From IMG/VR virus record IMGVR_UViG_3300042444_000200, positions 1 to 62,838 of that record: a stretch of 62,838 nt of DNA. One strand, given 5' to 3'. Origin of the DNA: a virus (taxonomy: Duplodnaviria > Caudoviricetes). Made by a program: the position numbers and the translations under genes. Positions 27,419-36,642 of this stretch are shown piece by piece. The stretch's first letter is position 1. Each line of letters starts with the position of its first letter. A model generated the notes under the pieces. The model worked only from the letters and a program-made list of their open reading frames with translations. It was not told where the DNA came from and did not search any database.

Positions 27419-28788
27419 TGAACTTCACAGAATCCCGCACGCGGATCGGCCAGTTCCGCGTCGCAGCAGGTGATGCCATGTCGTACATGGGCACCTACAT
27501 CTACGCCCTGATCCCGATTGAAAGACCGGGCATCGGCACGATGGCGGTTGACAAGTACGGCAGGCTGTACCACGACCCCGCCTACACCAACACAGTCTCG
27601 CTTGAGACCGGCATGTGGACGGTACTGCACGAGTCGCTTCACCTCGTGTTCGACCACGCTGGCATGGCAGAGCGGATCATTGGCAAGGCACCCACCAACG
27701 TGCAAGCAAACGCATGGAACTTTGCGTGCGACATGGTGGTCAACGAAATCCTCCGGCAGTACCTATCGCACGCACCGGAGGGGATCGTTACGGCTGGGCG
27801 GTTTGGCCTGCCGCCGAAGCGGACGGCTATCGAGTACTACCACATGCTGATGGACATCAACGACAACCAACAGAAGGAACAGGGCGATGACACGCAAGAC
27901 CAACAAGACGACGAGCAAGGCGAGCAGCAGGACGACGAGCAAGGCGACGGCGGCGAGGGAGACGAGAGCGAGGAGCCGGGCACTGAACGACCTAGCGATG
28001 AGGATGGGAGTGACGGCGGCGATCCTGATGCGGACGGCCCAAGCGATAGCGTGGGAGGCGAACCAGAACTCACCGACCACGAAGGCAAGGGCGGGTCGTG
28101 CAGCGACGGGCAACCCCGCGACTACGAACTCCCGGCCGACGACTCGTGGGAGGACAGGTCGTTCTCGATGACCGCCGACCTCGAAGCCAAGTGCGAGGAG
28201 ACTGGGTGGGGCAGCGTGCCCGGCGAACTGCGTGTCGCCCTCGATGCGAAGGTCAGGCCGCAGCCCGACCCCTTCGATGTCCTGCGTGCGGCGTGCTGCC
28301 GTGCGGTGGCATCGCCGGTCGGGTCGCCGGACTTTACCTACCGTCGCATGAGCAGGCGTCAGGTCGAGGATGCACCACGCCTGAAGGGTGTGATCAAGAC
28401 CACGCCCAGTGCCATCGTGGTACTGGATACCTCCGGCTCGATGACCAACCGCGAGACGCAGGACAAGGCCCTGACTGTGGTGGCCTCCGCCCTGCGGCGG
28501 CTGCGGTCAGTGAAGGTGATCTGCGGTGACACGCACATCGCCAGCAACAAGACCGTGACCAACCTCAAGCAGGTGGACTGGGCTGGCGGCGGCGGCACCA
28601 GCATGAGGCGAGTGTTGGAGGAGGCGGATCGGATCGAGAAGCCCGATGCCATCGTCCTCATCACGGACGGTTACACCGATTGGCCCGAGCGGCTGCGTGC
28701 TAGGCTGGTCGTTGCGTTGACTGAGGACAGGCCGACCCCATCGTGGGCGAAGTCGGTGCTGGTCAAGAAGAAGGAGGTGACACAGTGA
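27418..28788 (+). CDS. Metallopeptidase-vWA protein (DUF2201-like)
   Basis: HESLH (HExxH), acidic linker, MIDAS DTSGS, GGGGT, ITDGY. Confidence 0.9.
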   Translation: MNFTESRTRIGQFRVAAGDAMSYMGTYIYALIPIERPGIGTMAVDKYGRLYHDPAYTNTVSLETGMWTVLHESLHLVFDHAGMAERIIGKAPTNVQANAWNFACDMVVNEILRQYLSHAPEGIVTAGRFGLPPKRTAIEYYHMLMDINDNQQKEQGDDTQDQQDDEQGEQQDDEQGDGGEGDESEEPGTERPSDEDGSDGGDPDADGPSDSVGGEPELTDHEGKGGSCSDGQPRDYELPADDSWEDRSFSMTADLEAKCEETGWGSVPGELRVALDAKVRPQPDPFDVLRAACCRAVASPVGSPDFTYRRMSRRQVEDAPRLKGVIKTTPSAIVVLDTSGSMTNRETQDKALTVVASALRRLRSVKVICGDTHIASNKTVTNLKQVDWAGGGGTSMRRVLEEADRIEKPDAIVLITDGYTDWPERLRARLVVALTEDRPTPSWAKSVLVKKKEVTQ

Positions 28789-28876
28789 CACCCATCCTGT
28801 CTATCGAGCAAGTCTTTCTTATCAACGTAGTCATTGTCTCTCTCCTGTTCTTTCTCATTCTGGATGGAGGTCGAGG

Positions 28877-29104
28877 TTGAACCCCAAGAAACAACACATC
28901 GGAAAGGCGTACGGTTTCTGCGTCCTCTACCGACTGGACGGCGAGCGCGAGTGGACAGTCGATCACCACGAGGAACTGCAAGACCTGCCCGCTTACTACG
29001 AGATAGCCGAAGAGGCCATCGACAGGGTCGAGTACCTGCGGTCGGGCGGGGTGCAGGCACGGGTGGTTACCCTGCTTGCTGAGAGAGGGGAGGAGCCGAC
29101 ATGA
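28877..29104 (+). CDS. Hypothetical protein
   Basis: GGAGG upstream; coupled to the next gene. Confidence 0.5.
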   Translation: MNPKKQHIGKAYGFCVLYRLDGEREWTVDHHEELQDLPAYYEIAEEAIDRVEYLRSGGVQARVVTLLAERGEEPT

Positions 29105-29694
29105 CTGCGGCCATGCAACTGTGGAAGAACTTCTTCTTGGTCGGGTACTACAACCACCGTGCGGTAGCCCCGTGCCTGCTGCAAAAGCAACGCACTCCAG
29201 AGCGGGCGGTCGAGGCAGCGGAGCGGTACATCACTGACTCGTACCGGAAGCACAACTCGAATGCCAACGTGTACGGCGTGTACGTCAGTGCGTGCCCGGC
29301 ACAATGGCAGAAGGTTGGCGTGCAATGGGAGTCTGTGCTTGGCCCGCCCTTGTACAGCGACATGGACAGGCTGGCAGTGGGTGCCTCGAACTTTCTCTGG
29401 ACTCACGTTGCCGACAGGCGTGGGTTCCGGGAGGTCGAGTGCTACTCAAGGGAGCAGAAGGGTGAGGGCATACGCCCGCCACTCCTGTTCCCTCACCGCC
29501 TGATGCGGGTGCTGCATGTGCAGTGGAAGCATGGCAAAGACCTCTCGACCCTGTGGTCTCCGGCAGTGGAGGCCATTGCGTCGAGGCCAACCAAGTCGAA
29601 GCGGCTAGTGCTGGCACGAGATGCGTTCGTGGAACTGGCCGACCTGTGCAAAGAGCGTAACGCTTTCAACCTATCCTTCAGACACGGAGCGTGA
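29101..29694 (+). CDS. Hypothetical protein
   Basis: GGAGG SD; ATGA overlap. Confidence 0.65.
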   Translation: MTAAMQLWKNFFLVGYYNHRAVAPCLLQKQRTPERAVEAAERYITDSYRKHNSNANVYGVYVSACPAQWQKVGVQWESVLGPPLYSDMDRLAVGASNFLWTHVADRRGFREVECYSREQKGEGIRPPLLFPHRLMRVLHVQWKHGKDLSTLWSPAVEAIASRPTKSKRLVLARDAFVELADLCKERNAFNLSFRHGA

Positions 29695-29695
29695 C

Positions 29696-30517
29696 ATGGC
29701 AAAAGTCTACGGCTATGGGCGGCACAGCACCAACCACCAAGCCATCACGGAGGAGGTGCAACGGCAGCAGGTGGACGCCTACTGCAAGTACCAACTCCTC
29801 CCGAAGGGCGAGGAACTTGGCGACCCCTTCTGGTTCTACGATGCGGCAACGTCTGGCGGCAAGCCGCTGACTGAGCGGGAGCAGGGGCTGCGGATGTGGT
29901 GCGTGCTCCAGCCCGGTGACCACATCGTGGTTGCCAAGTTGGATCGTGCGTTTCGTTCGGTGATCGACGGCGTGAACTGCATCGAGATGCTCAAGGCAAA
30001 GGGCGTCCACCTACACATCCTCGACGTACACATCGACACCTCGTCTGCGATGGGGCAGTTCCATGTGACGATCATGCTGGCGTTCGCCCAACTCCAGCGG
30101 CAGTACATCTCCGACCGCACGAAGGAGGTGATGGCACGCAAGAAGGAGAGCGGCAAGTGGGTAGGCAACGGTGCCAACTCCGTGCCGTTCGGGTGGAAGA
30201 AGGCGGGCAAGCAGGGCTACCTCTTCAAGGACGAGGAGGAGCGGTCAAGGATCGAGCAGATACACCAGTGGCGGGAGGAGGGACTGAGCCTCTACTCCAT
30301 CTACTGCAAGGCGAACAGCAAGCAGTACCGCTGGGCACGGAAGGGCAGGTCGTGGGAACCCATGACCGTGAAGGCCGCACTCATTGCTCGGGATCGGGGG
30401 TATCCGAAGGTGATACCCAAGTCGCTTCTACGCACCCCCGTAGTTCACGGAGTGCCGCTTCCAGCCGACGCTGTAGCGTGCGAGGGTCTCGACCCTGCTC
30501 CCGTGCAATCTCCGTGA
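29696..30517 (+). CDS. Serine recombinase (resolvase/invertase family)
   Basis: YGYGRHST catalytic serine; SGG...R; GDHIVVAKLDRAFRS; ISDRTK. Confidence 0.92.
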   Translation: MAKVYGYGRHSTNHQAITEEVQRQQVDAYCKYQLLPKGEELGDPFWFYDAATSGGKPLTEREQGLRMWCVLQPGDHIVVAKLDRAFRSVIDGVNCIEMLKAKGVHLHILDVHIDTSSAMGQFHVTIMLAFAQLQRQYISDRTKEVMARKKESGKWVGNGANSVPFGWKKAGKQGYLFKDEEERSRIEQIHQWREEGLSLYSIYCKANSKQYRWARKGRSWEPMTVKAALIARDRGYPKVIPKSLLRTPVVHGVPLPADAVACEGLDPAPVQSP

Positions 30518-30953
30518 CGCGACGGCCGATGACGATGGCCTGATGGATCAGGTCGCGGGCTGGTGGTTCGAGCCTGCTCATGCACTCTTGTGCTTCGCCG
30601 AAGTCGGGCATGGATGCCCGCTTGTCGGTGGCTGAAAGAGCGTGGCGGGGGGAGGAGTCCTCCCTCCGCCGCTGCTCCTTCATCGCCTCCTTCCGCAGTT
30701 CATTGCGGATGGCGACGGTGAAGTAGGTGGACATCTTGCTCTTGCGTTCGTCGAAACAGAACGACGCGAGGGTGATGGCGGTCATCGCTGCACCCGTGCT
30801 ATCTATCGAGCCCCTGTACTTACGCAGGCATGGGTGCCCACGCCAGAAGGCGGCAATCGCCTCCGGCATTATGGCAAGGGCTTGCTCGGCAACCTTCTGT
30901 TGCTCGGGCGTCAACTGTCTGACGAGCGGGGGCCTACTCACAGAGACCTCCAC
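30381..30953 (-). CDS. Sigma-70-family-like transcription factor
   Basis: FDERKSKMSTYFTVAIRNEL (region 2-like) and L.P..R.LI...GRRVTEIAREQG...RLEAALRELR (region 4 HTH). Confidence 0.75.
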   Translation of the reverse strand: MEVSVSRPPLVRQLTPEQQKVAEQALAIMPEAIAAFWRGHPCLRKYRGSIDSTGAAMTAITLASFCFDERKSKMSTYFTVAIRNELRKEAMKEQRRREDSSPRHALSATDKRASMPDFGEAQECMSRLEPPARDLIHQAIVIGRRVTEIAREQGRDPRTLQRRLEAALRELRGCVEATWVSPSDTPDPEQ

Positions 30954-31079
30954 TCGTGCATCTTCCAGTCACGCGCGCAATGCTTCTCGTGGCAGCGGTC
31001 GCAGTGGACTGGTTCACACAGCATCCCGCTGGGCGTGACCTTGACAGTCGCCTCCCGCATCCCGCATGACACGCACCCC

Positions 31080-31460
31080 TTACCGGCGGGCACGCCATGC
31101 ACGGGCACGGTCAAGCATTCGACCGTACTTGCCACCCCCCGCTTCGCCGCCTTCGGCCGTGACTTCTTCGAGGGGTTCGTACTCGATGACCTCTTGGTCT
31201 TTCGGCTTCTCATCCGTGAGCCACCCGTAGGCGATGATGACGGCTGGTACTACGCCGAGTGCGAGTGCCGCCACCAACAGGAACCACACGTTCTTCCGGG
31301 CCCACTCGACCGAGACCTCCTGCTTCCGTGCAGGTGGCTCAACTGGGGCAGGGGCTGGGGCTGGCCTGTCGAACAGGCCGACCCTCACCTGCGGCGGGTC
31401 GAATGGGTGGTGGATAACACCGTCCCGACCGTCCTTACCGTCCGGCATCATAACCTCCAT
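31080..31460 (-). CDS. Single-pass membrane protein
   Basis: Hydrophobic segment VWFLLVAALALGVVPAVIIAYGW. Confidence 0.65.
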   Translation of the reverse strand: MEVMMPDGKDGRDGVIHHPFDPPQVRVGLFDRPAPAPAPVEPPARKQEVSVEWARKNVWFLLVAALALGVVPAVIIAYGWLTDEKPKDQEVIEYEPLEEVTAEGGEAGGGKYGRMLDRARAWRARR

Positions 31461-31595
31461 TGGCGTGCGAGGCTATACGTCCGTACACATTCCGATCCCT
31501 AGCGCAACGTGCGTTACATTAGGGTTGAATGTGCGGGCGACTGGGGAAACGCACGCTGTCTCAGGGCTGACGCTCGGGGCTACCCAGTTTATGGC

Positions 31596-31960
31596 CTATT
31601 GGCCCGCCAGAAGGCTCTGCGCCCGGAGGGGTGTGGCATACCGCCCTGATCCCGGATCGGCCGTCTCGCACGCACTGAGGAAGCGAGAGAGGGACTCCCT
31701 TGCTGGGCCCGGCCGGAGCCCCAACTCCTCGCAGCATTCCTCGAACGGCAGCAGCCCGCCACCCTCTAGCCACATCTCGGCAACCGCCCGCTGGCGGGCT
31801 ACCTCCCGGACGTAGGAGTTGTCAGCCACCGACCGCCGGAGTTCGTGCGTGTTCAGCACCGACCTGCCGTCCTCGCCCACCTCAGACAGGAGGCGGGCCG
31901 TGTGCTGGAGCATGGAACCACAGAGCAGGCGGTACGCCCCCTCGATCTCCTCGCCCGTCA
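31596..31960 (-). CDS. Hypothetical protein (start uncertain)
   Basis: AEMWLEGGGLLPFEECCEELGLRP helical motif; the ORF-track start overlaps the upstream gene. Confidence 0.55.
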
Positions 31961-32233
31961 GTCCGGGTTCAGTTCTTGAGGTATCGTCGGGATGAAACAG
32001 ACGAGTTGTTCCGGGTGCAACTCCTCGCAGTCCTCTCCCCTCCAGTACCACTCCTCGTTCGACCTCGCCGTCCCCCGATCCAATACGCCCACAAACGCGG
32101 TCTGCGTCCTCCTGTCGAACACCAGATACTCGAAGCCGTTTCGCAGGTAAGCCTGCACTTTTCCTAGAACGTGCCATCGGTGACCCTCAATCTCTGCGTG
32201 ATAAAACTCTGGGGAATACATCTCCAACGCCAT
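31958..32233 (-). CDS. Hypothetical protein
   Basis: AGGAG SD; lies within the operon. Confidence 0.65.
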   Translation of the reverse strand: MALEMYSPEFYHAEIEGHRWHVLGKVQAYLRNGFEYLVFDRRTQTAFVGVLDRGTARSNEEWYWRGEDCEELHPEQLVCFIPTIPQELNPD

Positions 32234-32236
32234 CGC

Positions 32237-32596
32237 TCACTCCTGTCGTGGTGGTGGTAGACATCCGGGCAGACGCTCGTGCCCCGCATTCAGTTCAGGA
32301 TATGCCTCCTGTGACTGACATGCAAACAATGCGTTCCAAGCCATGTGACCAAGATGGTCATCACTGCGGTCGCCAGATAAGTAGGCGTAGGCATGGGCAA
32401 TCGCGTGGTTCAGGTACACATGGACGGGCAGGCCCCGCTCGTGATTGAACGCACCGTACTTTTCAACACCCACTGCCGCTGCCTCCGCACAACGCCGCAA
32501 CCCTACGGGCGAGAGCAAGTCCCACCTCGCACCGAGTGCCGTCCTCTTGGCACCCGTCTCGTACACCTCTGTCTCACCGTGAACTGTGCTTTCCAT
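32237..32596 (-). CDS. dATP/dGTP diphosphohydrolase-like protein (DUF5664)
   Basis: ETGAKR..RWDLL...G.EKYG..N..RG...H......DHLGH.AWN signature. Confidence 0.8.
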   Translation of the reverse strand: MESTVHGETEVYETGAKRTALGARWDLLSPVGLRRCAEAAAVGVEKYGAFNHERGLPVHVYLNHAIAHAYAYLSGDRSDDHLGHMAWNALFACQSQEAYPELNAGHERLPGCLPPPRQE

Positions 32597-32607
32597 GTCA
32601 ACACTCC

Positions 32608-33087
32608 TCAGTTTGCCATCGAACCTAGACTCATCTTCAACTCCGAGAGAGGACGCAGTGCAGACTTGGGCACGAAGTAAGCGGGCTCATAGCCCCCGTG
32701 ATTCTTCAGCCACTGCTCCTGCCTGCCGTCCTCACACATGATCCAGCCATGTACCTGAAAGTCTGGGGCCTCGCCCGTCACAAGGACGTACGGCCTGCCA
32801 GCCGGGTCATCCTTGCGGATGATCAAGTCCCAGTCGTGGTTGCTGCGGGTGCGAACCTCGACGCCAGCAACATCGGACTTCCCCTTGAAGGTGTTGATGT
32901 CGGCCGTCCAGTACACACCCATGCACTTGGCGTACGCCATCTCACCGCAGGCACCCAAGATGTGGGCATCCCACGACGAGCCAGCGTCGAACCTACGCTT
33001 GCGGTTGTCGGCCATAGCGTGGACGTTGCGAAGGACACCCTCCTCCGCACCACGCCTGACCTCGTGCCAGTCGAGAGTCACTCGCAT
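32608..33087 (-). CDS. PD-(D/E)XK-like phage protein
   Basis: GACGEMAYAK...SDV...EVRT...VHGWI. Confidence 0.65.
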   Translation of the reverse strand: MRVTLDWHEVRRGAEEGVLRNVHAMADNRKRRFDAGSSWDAHILGACGEMAYAKCMGVYWTADINTFKGKSDVAGVEVRTRSNHDWDLIIRKDDPAGRPYVLVTGEAPDFQVHGWIMCEDGRQEQWLKNHGGYEPAYFVPKSALRPLSELKMSLGSMAN

Positions 33088-33419
33088 CTGCCGCCCTCCT
33101 TCACTGTGCGAACCAGTTGGTGCAGGTCATCGAGCCGCACGGTCAGGAGCCAGTCAGCCCCGTTCTTCCGGTGGCACACGACGGGCAACTTCTTCTGGGG
33201 CGAGGCGTCGCTCACTGCCTGATCCATGACAGCGTGGATGTTCAGCCGCTGGCACCGCTTGCTCTCAACGAACAGGCCGGGCAACTCCGACACCTCAACG
33301 TCACTGTCTCCGGCGGCACCGCAGAACTGCTGCGTCCTGCGAGATGAGTAGCCCATGTCGCGGAACTTCTCTGCCAGTTCACGCTCACCGGCAGCACCTT
33401 TGGCACGGCTATTGGTCAC
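33078..33419 (-). CDS. Holliday junction resolvase (PD-(D/E)XK)
   Basis: NSRAKGAAGERE...RRTQQFCG...DV...VESKR; GTG start at 33419. Confidence 0.82.
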   Translation of the reverse strand: MTNSRAKGAAGERELAEKFRDMGYSSRRTQQFCGAAGDSDVEVSELPGLFVESKRCQRLNIHAVMDQAVSDASPQKKLPVVCHRKNGADWLLTVRLDDLHQLVRTVKEGGRCE

Positions 33420-33774
33420 GGTTGGCGGCCCTCTCTTCTTCAGCCCAGTCGGGGATGCTGAACACAAGGTCGGGAAACGAGCGTCGATGTCGTAGTCCAG
33501 CAAGGTAATCAAGATCGACCTCGCCATCCTCCTGACGCTTCGCCTCCAATATAACACCCATGTCAATCGACTTTCTTTCTCCTCCACTGTGATACCCGTA
33601 GTGACAATCACGGCACAGAAGGATGAGGTTCCGATTGTCATGCGGGTTCTTGCCACGCCGACCTTGAATGTGATGGAGTTCGAGCGTCTTGCCCGGCCTG
33701 AACTTCCTCCAGTGGCACACGGCACATCGGTCGTGCGACTCCGCGTACCCCGAGAGGTCAGCGTTCTTCTTCAT
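33409..33774 (-). CDS. HNH endonuclease
   Basis: CAVC...LELHHI...NLILLCRDCH...H. Confidence 0.85.
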   Translation of the reverse strand: MKKNADLSGYAESHDRCAVCHWRKFRPGKTLELHHIQGRRGKNPHDNRNLILLCRDCHYGYHSGGERKSIDMGVILEAKRQEDGEVDLDYLAGLRHRRSFPDLVFSIPDWAEEERAANRDQ

Positions 33775-34450
33775 TGTTCACCTTCAGGAGGACACAGTCC
33801 TTCACGATGGGCAGCGAGTCGAAGTCCTCCGCGATGTAGCGGCACCGCTCAAGCAGCACCCCGTAGAACTCCACGAGTTGACCAACGGGGTACTCGTCGC
33901 CCTCCCTGCGGCACACCTCGTCCACCATGTAGGCGGAGTACACGGCGAGTTCGCCCATGAACTCCTCCGTCTCACGCCGCCTCGTCCAGTTCAACTCCTG
34001 CCGCACCATCGCACCGTGCTGGTACGCGATCAGTTCATCGAACAGGTACAGCGGGTACGAACCCCAGTCCTTCTTCGAGTCCACGAGGTAGGTCTTGAAC
34101 GTCTTGCCACGCATTGCCGCCGGGATGGTCGCAGCCACATGGTCGAGCGTCGTCTTCTCGGTCAGCGGCACACGCCATGCCTCACCCTCAAGGGTGTAGA
34201 AGGCACGGTGCTTCGTGCCCGACAGGCGGGAGTTCACGAAGTGACTGGCCTCGTGAGCCCAAGTGATGGGGCACTCATCGAAGCGGGCTTCGGTGGCGTC
34301 CTTCTCGGGGAGACGGGCGAGCACATCCCGGAGCGTCTCCGGCATGCCGCCCTCAATCTTCCTGATCGGCGTCGCCTCGATGTACAGAATCTCCCCTGCC
34401 TGTACGGCAATGGGGAGCAACGCAATAGCCGCAGTCACAAGTCGTTTCAT
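33758..34450 (-). CDS. Exported HExxH protein (putative metallopeptidase)
   Basis: Signal peptide MKRLVTAAIALLPIAVQA; TWAHEASH with a downstream DE. Confidence 0.65.
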   Translation of the reverse strand: MKRLVTAAIALLPIAVQAGEILYIEATPIRKIEGGMPETLRDVLARLPEKDATEARFDECPITWAHEASHFVNSRLSGTKHRAFYTLEGEAWRVPLTEKTTLDHVAATIPAAMRGKTFKTYLVDSKKDWGSYPLYLFDELIAYQHGAMVRQELNWTRRRETEEFMGELAVYSAYMVDEVCRREGDEYPVGQLVEFYGVLLERCRYIAEDFDSLPIVKDCVLLKVNNEEER

Positions 34451-34601
34451 TTCGCACTTCCTTTTGCTGGGATTGGAGGCCAGCCTTGACCTCCGCTAAC
34501 TCTTTCATGGCCCTAGCCAACTGGGCTTCGAGCCACGCCATACGCATTTCTGCGTAGCGGACGTACTTCTCATCAGCGACCTGCTGTTTGTCTTCGCTCA
34601 T
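34353..34601 (-). CDS. Small coiled-coil protein
   Basis: Overlaps both neighbours. Confidence 0.5.
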   Translation of the reverse strand: MSEDKQQVADEKYVRYAEMRMAWLEAQLARAMKELAEVKAGLQSQQKEVRNETTCDCGYCVAPHCRTGRGDSVHRGDADQED

Positions 34602-36150
34602 TTGCCACCCTGTTGAGTTCGCGTTTCACCGCCTCCACCAGCCACTCATTGCCGGGCCTCTTGCTCGCCCCCTTGATCCAGCCCTTGAGGTAGTCGGCCG
34701 GGATCATGCGGATCGGGATTCCCTTATAGGGCCCCCAGATCATGCGGGCCTCTCGCCTCTTGGGGATGTCGCTCGTGCCCTTCTTGAAGGCGTCCACCCA
34801 CTGGCTGTCCACCTCCGCACGGAACACCAGCGGGCGGCGGCGTGCCAGTTCTTCCTGACGGTGGATCACTGCTGCCTGCCGCTCCTGCTCCATCTCGGCA
34901 GCGACGGCTGCGTCCACATCCTCCATCGTGACCGGCTCGCCCCTGTCGATCATGTCCTCGACGTACGCCTTACGCTTCTTGGTGGGCGGCACGAACACAT
35001 CGACGGCACTGCAAATGCAGTGGCACTTGCTGGCGTCGGTGTAGTCGTACACATCGCAGTTGGGCTTGGCGTCGTTGCGGATCGCAAGGCGGCGGCTGTA
35101 GTCGCTCGGTGCATCCTTGAACACATCGTTGGACGAGGGCCGGGCACCACGCCCCAGCATCTGGATGTACTTGGGCAGGCTCTTGGTTGGGCGAAGGTTG
35201 TGAATCTCGCCTACCTGTGGGCTGTCCCAGCCGGTAGTAAGGCAGCCCACGTTCACGATCAGTTCGGCGTCGCCCTCCTCGAAGCGGGCCAACTGCTCGA
35301 CCCGCTTCTCCTTCGGCATCTCGCTGTCAACGACGGCACACTGGATGCCGTGCCGGTTCTCAAGGATGTCCTGCATGGCCCGTGCATTGCGGATGCCGGT
35401 CGTGAACACCACGCCCTTCCGCTTGTGGTTGGCGGCGATCATGGCCGTCTGCTCCAGCATCACGCCCTCCTCGCCCATGATCCTGTCGAGTTCCTCAACG
35501 CTGAAGTCGTGGGCACCCGTGCTACCGAAGCGACTCATGTCGAGTTTCTTCAGCACGATGCGTCGGATGTTGAACGGAACCAGCCACCCCCACTCGATGC
35601 CCTGCCTCATTCCGATTGACACTGGGTGGCAGTCGTACTGGTGCAGCGGCGACACGCCGGTCGTGCGGTAGTGGGGGGTGGCTGACATGCCGATGATCTT
35701 CGTGCCCGCTGCCTTGAAGGCGGCGACCAACTCAGCCTGACGGGGGCCAAGCGAAGCGTGTGCTTCGTCGATGATCAGCAACTCCGTCTTGCCCAAGAAC
35801 CTCTCGTACCTGTTGTTCGAGATGAGGCTCGCCAGTGACGCCACCGTGACCGGGCACTCAGGGTCTGCCATCAGCGGGCCCTGTTCGATCTCCGGGACGT
35901 ACCGGCGATACCTCTTGACGGTGGACACCACCTGCCCGACTGTTGCGTCGTACGGCGTGGAGATGAGCACCTTGTCAAACTGCTCCGAGAGGGCGGCGGC
36001 TATCGCCGTCTTGCCCATACCCGTCGCCACCTCGATGAACGCACTCTGCCGAGAGCGGAGCGCGTTCATGCCACCGTCTACGGAGTGCTGCTGGTAATCA
36101 CGCAGCAGCATCTTCCGCTCGGATGGCTTGTCAAACAGGGAGAGAGTCAT
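34573..36150 (-). CDS. Superfamily 2 (DExH, ResIII-like) helicase
   Basis: LRDYQ, ATGMGKT, DEAH, SATP, TTGWD, QMLGRGAR; C-terminal WGPYKG..I..IP..YL. Confidence 0.93.
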   Translation of the reverse strand: MTLSLFDKPSERKMLLRDYQQHSVDGGMNALRSRQSAFIEVATGMGKTAIAAALSEQFDKVLISTPYDATVGQVVSTVKRYRRYVPEIEQGPLMADPECPVTVASLASLISNNRYERFLGKTELLIIDEAHASLGPRQAELVAAFKAAGTKIIGMSATPHYRTTGVSPLHQYDCHPVSIGMRQGIEWGWLVPFNIRRIVLKKLDMSRFGSTGAHDFSVEELDRIMGEEGVMLEQTAMIAANHKRKGVVFTTGIRNARAMQDILENRHGIQCAVVDSEMPKEKRVEQLARFEEGDAELIVNVGCLTTGWDSPQVGEIHNLRPTKSLPKYIQMLGRGARPSSNDVFKDAPSDYSRRLAIRNDAKPNCDVYDYTDASKCHCICSAVDVFVPPTKKRKAYVEDMIDRGEPVTMEDVDAAVAAEMEQERQAAVIHRQEELARRRPLVFRAEVDSQWVDAFKKGTSDIPKRREARMIWGPYKGIPIRMIPADYLKGWIKGASKRPGNEWLVEAVKRELNRVANERRQTAGR

Positions 36151-36467
36151 GCTACGGCACCCCCGTAGGAGACCCGCGACCGGAGGCGTGGGCTGTAACT
36201 ACCCACCCACCTGCGGGCTGCTTCCTCCGGCGTCCACGCCGCCTTGATCTCCTCCGCCCTCTGACGAATCTCCTCCGGTGTCGGATCGACCTTCCGCTGG
36301 AGCCTTCGGTCTTCGGGCTCGACGCCTTCTTCGCGTTCCATTCTCCGCCGGAACGGGTACAGGGTGATCCCGCTCAGGCTCGTCGCCACCTCCGGTGACA
36401 CTCCCTCCATCACCAACCTCCTTGCTTGCTGGTACCGAATCTCGTAGTTCGCTGGTCGCCCCTTCAT
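36147..36467 (-). CDS. Hypothetical DNA-binding protein
   Basis: HTH-like N-terminus; DPTPEEIRQRAEEIKAAW motif. Confidence 0.65.
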   Translation of the reverse strand: MKGRPANYEIRYQQARRLVMEGVSPEVATSLSGITLYPFRRRMEREEGVEPEDRRLQRKVDPTPEEIRQRAEEIKAAWTPEEAARRWVGSYSPRLRSRVSYGGAVA

Positions 36468-36642
36468 CTGTCGCCTCCTTGAAGAAATCGTTGAACGTCA
36501 CCATCGCCTGCAACGCCCTCACCTCCGTAATGAGGAGAGGCACCCATGCCCGTGTGATCTGCACCGTCAGCGTGGGATTCAGAACCACCTCGTCGCTCGC
36601 GGCCCATTCATCGAGCCGCTTCAAGTCGCTCTCTTGGATCAC
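36199..36642 (-). CDS. Hypothetical protein
   Basis: GTGA-coupled to the ERF gene; its 3' part overlaps the next gene. Confidence 0.45.
   Translation of the reverse strand: MIQESDLKRLDEWAASDEVVLNPTLTVQITRAWVPLLITEVRALQAMVTFNDFFKEATDEGATSELRDSVPASKEVGDGGSVTGGGDEPERDHPVPVPAENGTRRRRRARRPKAPAEGRSDTGGDSSEGGGDQGGVDAGGSSPQVGG

Noticed and set aside
32237-32596. Z-base (2-aminoadenine) or deazaguanine DNA modification pathway
   Set aside because: The DUF5664-like gene is alone; no purZ, datZ, DNA polymerase or que/dpd genes were recognised.
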